Source: a virus (lineage: Duplodnaviria; Caudoviricetes). From it: a DNA stretch of 64,000 bases. Location: the IMG/VR virus record IMGVR_UViG_3300023108_000002; one strand, written 5' to 3'. The notes under the pieces were generated by a model. It did no database searches, had not been told where the DNA came from, and saw nothing but the letters and a program-made list of their open reading frames with translations. Position 1 is the stretch's first letter. The number at the start of each line of letters is the position of its first letter. Below are positions 9,164-17,042 of this stretch, piece after piece. Position numbers and translations under genes: made by a program.

Positions 9164-10492
9164 ATGGCTTATAATTATAGACCAAAATCATCCCAAGATA
9201 TAAAAGATCTTGGGGTGGTAATGAGTAAAGAAAAAGTTTTGGTTTCATTATTCGAAGAAATGAAATCGAACTTTGGAAAATCTTTTGATGAATTTATTAC
9301 AATAGAGACAGGTAGCGCAGGATTCGGAAACGCAAAGATTCTTAATGATTTTAAGAATATGGTCGATATAAATTCATATAAGAAAAAATATATAGGAATA
9401 TCTCTTAAATTTGGAAATGGATCTAATCCAAGTAGTAATGCTCCTACTACTCAACAACAAGAATTAATTACTCTTAAAATATTTGAAGAATTATTATCTA
9501 GTAAAACAAAAAATTACAAGAAATTCGACCAATTGCTTCCGACACTCTTAGAAATATATCCCAATCTTCCATATGAAAAGTCTTGGTATAATTCGTTTGA
9601 ATTGCAATTTAATCAAATCGAAAAAGAAACCAAACTACCCAATAGTACATTTGATGTTTATAATCGTGATGGTGGATTTATGGATTATATATCAAAATTA
9701 GTAAATAGTAAGTTTGATATTGCAAAGAAAGATTCGTGGAATCCTGCTGATATATGGCTTTTAAGGTCGTCTGCTTATAAAAAATACGAAGCGATGTTAA
9801 ATGAAGCGGTTAGTATTCAAGAGTGTAATGCCATATTAGTTTCTGCGTATAATAATACAGACATTGTTGGTATTTCTTTGAAAAAGAATGATGGAAAAAA
9901 ATTAAATTATGATTTAATAAATTTAAAATCTTCTACTAAAGAAAGTTCTGTAGACTATTCAAAGTTTCTTTTAAATATTCCATATAATGAAAAAACAAAG
10001 TCTTTTACTTCGGTTACTAGTCAATTAGAAGTAAAATACCAAAACAAAACTTATCGTATGGGAGTAAAAAGCAATCAGGCTCAAATTGGAAACATCACAT
10101 ATGAGTTTGTTGGAACTGGAGCTGCTGCGTTTTTAGGAAAAGTTCCAAAAGATATGTTGAAACTTGAATTAAAAAAAGATGGATACTTGATGCCAGAACA
10201 CACTCATTATATGAAGTTTGATAGGAAAGATTTTGAAAATAAAATATCGGTTATAAAAAGAAATAAAACACTTTTTACAATTGATGGAAATTTAGATAAA
10301 TTTGTAGACCAACTTGAAGAATCTTGGTCAAAAGGAAGAAGTAAAGATAATGTTGTTATATCTCAAATCGTATGTTTTGCATATATTATAGCAAATTTAT
10401 CATTATCTAGAAGAAAAGAGTTTATAAGGGATTTATTTTTTATGGCACAGAAAAAAGGCCCAATGTTCGGCCCATTTGGAAAGTTATACTAA
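9164..10492 (+). CDS. hypothetical protein with putative PD-(D/E)xK-like nuclease motifs
   Basis: TTQQQE helix, WNPADIW, IVGISLKK. Confidence 0.55.
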   Translation: MAYNYRPKSSQDIKDLGVVMSKEKVLVSLFEEMKSNFGKSFDEFITIETGSAGFGNAKILNDFKNMVDINSYKKKYIGISLKFGNGSNPSSNAPTTQQQELITLKIFEELLSSKTKNYKKFDQLLPTLLEIYPNLPYEKSWYNSFELQFNQIEKETKLPNSTFDVYNRDGGFMDYISKLVNSKFDIAKKDSWNPADIWLLRSSAYKKYEAMLNEAVSIQECNAILVSAYNNTDIVGISLKKNDGKKLNYDLINLKSSTKESSVDYSKFLLNIPYNEKTKSFTSVTSQLEVKYQNKTYRMGVKSNQAQIGNITYEFVGTGAAAFLGKVPKDMLKLELKKDGYLMPEHTHYMKFDRKDFENKISVIKRNKTLFTIDGNLDKFVDQLEESWSKGRSKDNVVISQIVCFAYIIANLSLSRRKEFIRDLFFMAQKKGPMFGPFGKLY

Positions 10493-11748
10493 TGAAAAGT
10501 TTTAGAACACATTTAAACGAATCAAAAGAAGGTAAAAATTTACACCTAGAACATCTTGAAGATGAAATTATTAATAATGGTATTAATGGTGCAAGAGGCG
10601 CAGTAAACTTTTTAAGAGCCCTTAGAGATATGTTATCTGGTTCTGCTACTTCTAAGATCAATATGACCGTAAAGTGGGACGGAGCTCCAGCAATTTTTGC
10701 TGGTACTGATCCTTCCGATGGTAAGTTTTTTGTCGCAAAAAAGTCTGTATTTAATGCAGTGCCATTGTTGTATAAAAGCATAGATGAAATTGAAACAACT
10801 TCCGACTTGTCGCCAAACCTAAAGTCAAAATTTAAAGTTGCATTTTCAGAGTTTTCCAAGTTGGGAATCAAAGATGTTATTCAGGGCGACCTGATGTATA
10901 CTGATGAAAGAGAAGAAAAAACTTTGGATGGCAAAACTTATATTACATTTCAACCAAATACATTAGTATATGCTGTTCAAAAAGACTCTTCTATTGGAAA
11001 AGAAATTTCTGCATCTAAGGTTGGTGTTGTTTGGCATACAACATATAAAGGAAAAGATTTGCAAGGAATGACAGCTTCATTTGGAGTTAATATTTCTGGG
11101 CTCAAGAAAACATCTTCAGTTTGGATGGATGATGCAACATTTAAAGATGTTTCTGGGACTGCTAAGTTTACTGCATCTGAATTGAAAACTCTTAATGGAC
11201 AACTCTCATCTGTCGGTAGAAAATTCAAAAAAATCAAAGCAAATGAATTTAATTCATTTTTAGAAATTCAGAATAAAACATTGGTGAAAGGATTGTCTGG
11301 TGCAAGTTTCAAAACTTTCTTGAATGCATACATCAGAGAAGGAAAGAATATTTCGACAAAAAATTTGAAAAACTTTGATTATTCAATGTATGTCAAAAAT
11401 TATTTTGATAATAAGATAATTTCCAAATTGAAAACAGAAAAATCACGTCAAATAAAAGAAGAATTAAGAGATGAATTGGTCAAAAAACTAATCAAGTTAG
11501 ATTCGGTTGTATATGCGATAGTTGACTTTATGGAAGAAATGATTGCAGCTAAAACTCTAATCGTAAATAAACTAAATAGTATTAAACAAATGACGGATAT
11601 TTTTGTTAGAACTGATAATGGTTATAAAGTAACAAATCCAGAGGGATATGTTGCAATTGACCACACTGGAACTAATGCTGTGAAACTTGTAGATAGAATG
11701 GAATTTAGTTATAACAACTTTACCGCAGCAAAGGCATGGGACAAGTAA
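10492..11748 (+). CDS. putative ATP-dependent ligase-like covalent nucleotidyltransferase with capsid-targeting-like N-terminus
   Basis: KWDG (K61, motif I), QGDLMY, PEGYVAID, VKLVDR; N-terminus MKSFRTHLNE. Confidence 0.6.
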   Translation: MKSFRTHLNESKEGKNLHLEHLEDEIINNGINGARGAVNFLRALRDMLSGSATSKINMTVKWDGAPAIFAGTDPSDGKFFVAKKSVFNAVPLLYKSIDEIETTSDLSPNLKSKFKVAFSEFSKLGIKDVIQGDLMYTDEREEKTLDGKTYITFQPNTLVYAVQKDSSIGKEISASKVGVVWHTTYKGKDLQGMTASFGVNISGLKKTSSVWMDDATFKDVSGTAKFTASELKTLNGQLSSVGRKFKKIKANEFNSFLEIQNKTLVKGLSGASFKTFLNAYIREGKNISTKNLKNFDYSMYVKNYFDNKIISKLKTEKSRQIKEELRDELVKKLIKLDSVVYAIVDFMEEMIAAKTLIVNKLNSIKQMTDIFVRTDNGYKVTNPEGYVAIDHTGTNAVKLVDRMEFSYNNFTAAKAWDK

Positions 11749-12852
11749 ATGGACATAATAAGAATTATAGAAAGACTTAGATTGGAAGAAGGTGTTAACG
11801 ATCCTTCTATTTTTAAAGCAGTATTTCTTGCCGGCGGGCCCGGTTCAGGAAAATCTTTTATTGTGGGAAAAACTGCACTTACTTCTCTTGGAATGAGAGT
11901 TGTAAATTCAGACCCAGCGTTTGAAAAGGCACTTGCAAAGGCTGGACTTGAAATGACACCAGACGATATTTGGTCTGATGCTGGTCAGACTGCCAGAGTT
12001 CGAGCAAAAAAAGTAACATCCAAACAACAATCTCTCTATGTACAGGGTAGATTGGGATTGGTTATTGATGGTACGGGAAAAGATTATGAAAAGATTGCAA
12101 AACAAAAAGCTCAGTTAGAAAAACTTGGTTATGAAACTGCAATGATTTTTGTAAACACAAATTTAGAAACGGCCGTTGCTAGAGATGCCGCGAGAAGCAG
12201 GACGCTTGGTGCCGCCGAAGTTGGTAAGATGTGGAAAGGAGTTCAAGATAACATTGGAAAGTTCCAAAGAGCATTCAAATCAAAAATGTTCATTGTTGAT
12301 AATTCTGATGGCGCAGATTTTGAAAGAGATGTTATGGCAACATATAGAGCAATTTCATCATGGGCAAAGAAAACTCCTGAAAATAAAGCTGCTCAAAAAT
12401 GGATTTCTGGACAAAAGGCAAAAAGAAATATTAAAGAAGAAACTTTAGAGGAACAAAAGTTTTCGGACAAAGAAATCAAAATGGCTATAGGCGTTGCATC
12501 TGATAAGCGTTATAAAGATGGTAATATGACAGGCGCAGTTAAAGCAATTGATAAAATCAAAAAAGGTTTATCTGACCACCCACAAGTTAGGGCTGTTTTG
12601 CGGAGACAAAATGAAAATATTTCTGAAGAAAGAGATTTTGTGGGCGAGACTGCCGAAATGATGATGCGCGACATGATAATCATGCAAAACAAATTAGATG
12701 AACTTATAGATGCAATGGAAGAAGAGATGGGAAGACCTCAGATAGAGAAATTTGAAATCGAACCTTGGATTGTATCTAAAATTACAAAAGCCAAAGATTA
12801 CATCGATTCCGTGTATGATTATAGTATAATGGATGATCTGGATTTTGAATGA
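11749..12852 (+). CDS. P-loop kinase (zeta-toxin/AAA_33-like) fused to two small C-terminal domains
   Basis: FLAGGPGSGKS, NSD, LVIDGTG, lid R..R; C-terminal blocks separated by IKEETLEE and ENISEE. Confidence 0.75.
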   Translation: MDIIRIIERLRLEEGVNDPSIFKAVFLAGGPGSGKSFIVGKTALTSLGMRVVNSDPAFEKALAKAGLEMTPDDIWSDAGQTARVRAKKVTSKQQSLYVQGRLGLVIDGTGKDYEKIAKQKAQLEKLGYETAMIFVNTNLETAVARDAARSRTLGAAEVGKMWKGVQDNIGKFQRAFKSKMFIVDNSDGADFERDVMATYRAISSWAKKTPENKAAQKWISGQKAKRNIKEETLEEQKFSDKEIKMAIGVASDKRYKDGNMTGAVKAIDKIKKGLSDHPQVRAVLRRQNENISEERDFVGETAEMMMRDMIIMQNKLDELIDAMEEEMGRPQIEKFEIEPWIVSKITKAKDYIDSVYDYSIMDDLDFE

Positions 12853-13145
12853 TGCAAAGCTTTGCTCAATTTTTGGACGAAGGAATTAAATTCAAGTTAA
12901 TCCGTGGCAAAGACATGGATGTTTTAAAGATGTGGAATAAGGGCGATAACAAATGGGTAGAATTAAGAGGCAAGCCTGGTTTTGAAACCAGATATGACCC
13001 TAAAGACCCATTACATAAAGCAATAACTGCGTTAGGAAAATCTGCTAACATATCAGATTTTATGAATGGAGATGAAGTAAGTATTAATCCAAAACATCCA
13101 GACGCTAAGAAGGCGTTGAAAACAATACAGGGTTTGATGAAATGA
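12849..13145 (+). CDS. hypothetical protein with capsid-targeting-like N-terminus
   Basis: (M)MQSFAQFLDE start; overlaps both neighbours (ATGA). Confidence 0.7.
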   Translation: MMQSFAQFLDEGIKFKLIRGKDMDVLKMWNKGDNKWVELRGKPGFETRYDPKDPLHKAITALGKSANISDFMNGDEVSINPKHPDAKKALKTIQGLMK

Positions 13146-13678
13146 AAAGTTTTAGACAGTTTCAAAATATTGAAGAGATGGTAGAATATCATGTTATTAG
13201 TGAAATTCCATTATTAGATAATGTATTTCGTTTAGGATCGAATGCATTTTTTGAAACTTTTAATATTGCAAGAAAAATGTATGAAGAAGGAAAACTAGAA
13301 TTCGATTCATATGATATAGAAATTCTTGAAACAGATATTGGAAAGTGGGAATTGTTTGAAAATGAACATGTCCCGCTCGATTGTCCTTTTTTGGTTGAGG
13401 AAGAAAAAGATGTAGAATTAAATTCTCCCAAAAGAGGCGGTAACAAGAAATACTATGTTTATGTGAAAAATGAAAAGGGAAATGTTATAAAGGTTGAGTT
13501 TGGAGATACAACTGGATTGACTGCAAAAATTAATAACAAAGAAGCTGCTAGAAATTTTGCAGCAAGACATAATTGCGATCAGAAAAACGACAAAACAAAA
13601 CCTGGCTACTGGGCATGTAGATTGCCTAGATATGCAAAACAACTTGGATTGAGTGGAGGCGGAAGCTATTTTTGGTGA
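13142..13678 (+). CDS. two-domain hypothetical protein with capsid-targeting-like N-terminus
   Basis: MKSFRQFQNIEE start; C-terminal KKYYVYVKN...V.FG...ARHNCD...GYWAC domain after LVEEE. Confidence 0.75.
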   Translation: MKSFRQFQNIEEMVEYHVISEIPLLDNVFRLGSNAFFETFNIARKMYEEGKLEFDSYDIEILETDIGKWELFENEHVPLDCPFLVEEEKDVELNSPKRGGNKKYYVYVKNEKGNVIKVEFGDTTGLTAKINNKEAARNFAARHNCDQKNDKTKPGYWACRLPRYAKQLGLSGGGSYFW

Positions 13679-13682
13679 TACT

Positions 13683-13958
13683 ATGAGACCTTATATGGAA
13701 TGGATGGAAGAAGAAAGCTGTATTTTAAGAGAATTTAATGAGGATGTAGATAGTGAAGAATTGGTTTGGCATAGAGACAAAAATGATAGACTAGTTCGTA
13801 TTATGGAATCTGATGGATGGTTTTTTCAATTTGAAGATGAATTTCCTTTTGAGTTATTGAAAGGAATGTGGTTGAAGATAGATAACCACAGATATCATAG
13901 AGTAATAAAAGGCGATAACAATGGGAGTTTATTAATCAAAATTTACGAAGGGGGATAG
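13683..13958 (+). CDS. cupin-like small protein
   Basis: ELVWHRD...GWFFQ...YHRVIKG; start refined to ATG 13683. Confidence 0.55.
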   Translation: MRPYMEWMEEESCILREFNEDVDSEELVWHRDKNDRLVRIMESDGWFFQFEDEFPFELLKGMWLKIDNHRYHRVIKGDNNGSLLIKIYEGG

Positions 13959-13959
13959 A

Positions 13960-14181
13960 ATGTTTCATCAGTTGCTTGATATTCATTTATCTAATATAAA
14001 AAAGTTTGATGATGTAATGAATACCAATTATTTACAAGAATATAAAAAAATAATGTGGCATGCCCTGAATGAATTTGAAAAACCGTTGATGAGTGCTGTT
14101 TTTACAAATGGTAGACAGTGGAGAAAACTCAAAGACCAATTTTTGTATGTGCCAGAGGAAGGAACTAAAAATGACAGATGA
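13960..14181 (+). CDS. hypothetical protein
   Basis: 73-aa ORF with GGGG SD, packed between neighbours. Confidence 0.6.
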   Translation: MFHQLLDIHLSNIKKFDDVMNTNYLQEYKKIMWHALNEFEKPLMSAVFTNGRQWRKLKDQFLYVPEEGTKNDR

Positions 14182-14551
14182 CATAGATTTTGGATTTACT
14201 GCCGTTGACGAAGAAGAGCTGAGAAGTATTGCACCTTCTCCGGCATCTAATGAAGTGTCAGAAAAACTTGAAAGCACTGGAGAAGGACTCAAGTTATTAG
14301 AATATAAAATGGACAATTTAGTTGATAAACTTGGTGAAATGTTAGACGAAGTTGAAACGGTGAAGGAATTTTATAATAACGAAAAAGTAATTGTAAATTC
14401 TAAGTTGAAAGATGTTGAAAATCTAATTTTACCTCTACTAAATAATTTGATGAAAAATAAAGAAAAAGAGTATATTTACTGGCCAAACCGCGAAGCAATT
14501 ATCACTCAACAAATAAATCGTATAACGAATATAACAAGAGCAGAAGAATGA
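14171..14551 (+). CDS. conserved hypothetical coiled-coil protein
   Basis: Start refined to MTDDIDFGFTAVDE; PLLNNL...YIYWPNR motif. Confidence 0.75.
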   Translation: MTDDIDFGFTAVDEEELRSIAPSPASNEVSEKLESTGEGLKLLEYKMDNLVDKLGEMLDEVETVKEFYNNEKVIVNSKLKDVENLILPLLNNLMKNKEKEYIYWPNREAIITQQINRITNITRAEE

Positions 14552-17013
14552 AAGATACTGTAGTTTTTACATTTGGTAGATTTAATCCACCAACAACTGG
14601 ACATGAAAAACTAATAGAGAAAGTTGCTGCCGTCGCAAGAAGCGAAAAGGCGGATTTTATGGTATTTCCAAGTCAATCTACAAATCCTAAAAAAGACCCT
14701 CTAGATTTTAGAACAAAAGTTTCTTATATGAAGAAAATGTTTCCAAAATATTCTAAGAATATCATGTCCAATAAAGATGCAAAATCTGCTTTTAATATCG
14801 TTCCTATGCTATATAAGATGGGATATGAAAGATGTATTATGGTTGTAGGTGGCGATAGAGTTTCAGAATTTGAAACAATATTGAATAAGTACAATGGTGT
14901 TTCTGGTAGTCATGGTTTCTATGAGTTTGAAAATGGAGTTGAAATTGTTTCTGCCGGAGAAAGAGATGAAAATGCTACTGATGTAAGTGGTATGTCTGCA
15001 TCTAAAATGAGAGCAGCTGCAGCTGCTAATAGATACGAAGATGAAAAGATTGGTGGAAAAATTCTTCAAGGATTCAAGAGTGGACTTCCAAGTAAATTTG
15101 AAAGAACGCATGGAAAGAAACTCTTTGCAGACCTAAGAAAAGCAATGAACCTCAGCGAAGAAATGATCGAATTTCTTAATTCCGTTGGAGATGATTTGCT
15201 AGAGTTTATGCAAACAGATTATATGGGATATGTAGACGATGCAACTGATAACAACCTGTACAACGAGATATATGAAGAATTTTTTGCGGAAAGAAAGGTT
15301 GCTCAGGACAAAGATATCGAAGATAGAGAAGGTACACAACCTAAAAAATACTACGCAAAAGATGCAGACGGCGATGAAATGTCAAAGTCAACAAAACAAG
15401 CTCGCGCAAGACATTTCGCAAAATATGGAAAAAAATCAGACGATTCAGACAGTTCTTACAAACCAGCACCTGGCGATGCGAATGCAAAAACAAAACCCTC
15501 AAAATACACCAACCTATATCATAAAATGTATGGAGAGGATGTATCTCAAAAACAAATAGACGATTTGGAAAAATTTGCAGATAGAATGCTTGCAAAATAT
15601 GATATTGATATTACATTTACAAGACATTTTGTTGATAGAATGAATGACAATAGAAACGATCCAGAGATCAAAGTTGCAGAACTTCAAAAGTTTTTCAAAA
15701 AGATTCAGAAGAAAAAAGGTTCTCAGATCAAGGCGAACCCCGATATCGAAGCAGTTCTCAAAGACATGTCAACTAACTTAAATCTGCCTGTAGTTATCAA
15801 CTATAAGAATGGTGAGTTTGAAGTTGTACATAAAACAATCATGCGTAAGAAAAACTTCTCTACATCAAGTAAAGAATTAAAATACGAAGAGGTAGATATG
15901 AATATTGAAGAAAAACTTAACGAAATATCTAACATGCGCCGTTTGAAGCTTGTCAGCAAAATTAAGAATTCTGGTGTTGTAAAACAGGGTTCTATGTCTA
16001 AGGATAATAAAAAAGAAGCAGCAAATCCAGCTCAACAAGCTGCCATTGCTATTGCAAAGAAAAAATCGGGAAAATACGATGATGATGGAAATCTTAAAGA
16101 ATTGACATCAGCAGAAAAAAAACTTATTGATAAAATGTATGACAAAAAAGGTAACTTGACGCCATTGGGTAAAAAAGTTATGGAATATGGTAAGAAAAAT
16201 GAAAAACTAGGCAAAGATGCTGATGCTGGTGATTACATCGATGATTTTAGAAAATCAGATGCTCCGCAATTCAAAGGTAAGTCCGATGAAAAAATAAGAC
16301 AAATGGCGGTTGCCGCATATCTTAAAGCAAAAGAAAAAAATGAAACTGTTGATGAAAAAATTGCAACCAATAAAGAAAGAATGAATATGGCTGCTCTTGA
16401 TGCGTTAAAAAAATTGATTGCATCAAAAGGTGATAAACAGTCTTTAAAATCATATGTATATACTATCGCTAAATCTTTCAGTGGAGTGTCGGGTAAAGAT
16501 TTAGAGACTCTTTATAGAAATTCTATTAAAGAACAAGTTGAACTTGATGAAGAAAGATGGAAATATAAGGGCGACACAAATTACAAAGTAGGTGGTAATC
16601 TAAGATATGATGATAAGTTAGATTACAAACTTTCAAAGGCAGATGCTGATATTTTAAACAAATACATGAAACAAGCTAAAAATGATGCAGCACGTAGTAA
16701 AGTGTGGAATATGTTCTGGGATTCAAAAGAAACAGGTAATACGGCCAAGGGCCCAGAAAAAGCGATCAAATTTGCCAAAAATTCTATCAAAGAAGAACTA
16801 GATGAACAAATCGAGGGACTTAAAAAGAAAGCAGAAAAGTCGGGTATTTCATATGGTATTCTAAAAAAGGTATATGACAGAGGTATGGCTGCTTGGAAAA
16901 CAGGACATAGGCCAGGAACTACTCCACAACAGTGGGCATTTGCTAGAGTCAATTCATTTATCACTGGCGGTGGCGCACGGAAGTCGGATGCAGACCTTTG
17001 GGCTGAAAGATAG
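14548..17013 (+). CDS. multidomain protein: N-terminal HIGH-superfamily (cytidylyltransferase-like) nucleotidyltransferase plus several small domains
   Basis: FGRFNPPTTGHEKL, VVGGDRV, SAGERD, SASKMR; later FTRHFVDR domain and C-terminal KVYDRGMAAWKTGHRPG..QQWAFARVNSF domain. Confidence 0.85.
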   Translation: MKDTVVFTFGRFNPPTTGHEKLIEKVAAVARSEKADFMVFPSQSTNPKKDPLDFRTKVSYMKKMFPKYSKNIMSNKDAKSAFNIVPMLYKMGYERCIMVVGGDRVSEFETILNKYNGVSGSHGFYEFENGVEIVSAGERDENATDVSGMSASKMRAAAAANRYEDEKIGGKILQGFKSGLPSKFERTHGKKLFADLRKAMNLSEEMIEFLNSVGDDLLEFMQTDYMGYVDDATDNNLYNEIYEEFFAERKVAQDKDIEDREGTQPKKYYAKDADGDEMSKSTKQARARHFAKYGKKSDDSDSSYKPAPGDANAKTKPSKYTNLYHKMYGEDVSQKQIDDLEKFADRMLAKYDIDITFTRHFVDRMNDNRNDPEIKVAELQKFFKKIQKKKGSQIKANPDIEAVLKDMSTNLNLPVVINYKNGEFEVVHKTIMRKKNFSTSSKELKYEEVDMNIEEKLNEISNMRRLKLVSKIKNSGVVKQGSMSKDNKKEAANPAQQAAIAIAKKKSGKYDDDGNLKELTSAEKKLIDKMYDKKGNLTPLGKKVMEYGKKNEKLGKDADAGDYIDDFRKSDAPQFKGKSDEKIRQMAVAAYLKAKEKNETVDEKIATNKERMNMAALDALKKLIASKGDKQSLKSYVYTIAKSFSGVSGKDLETLYRNSIKEQVELDEERWKYKGDTNYKVGGNLRYDDKLDYKLSKADADILNKYMKQAKNDAARSKVWNMFWDSKETGNTAKGPEKAIKFAKNSIKEELDEQIEGLKKKAEKSGISYGILKKVYDRGMAAWKTGHRPGTTPQQWAFARVNSFITGGGARKSDADLWAER

Positions 17014-17020
17014 ATAAATA
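17013..17020 (+). promoter_or_regulatory. possible late promoter (1 mismatch)
   Basis: GATAAATA, about 22 nt upstream of ATG 17043. Confidence 0.4.
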
Positions 17021-17042
17021 GTAAAAAAACTGGAGAACTCTC

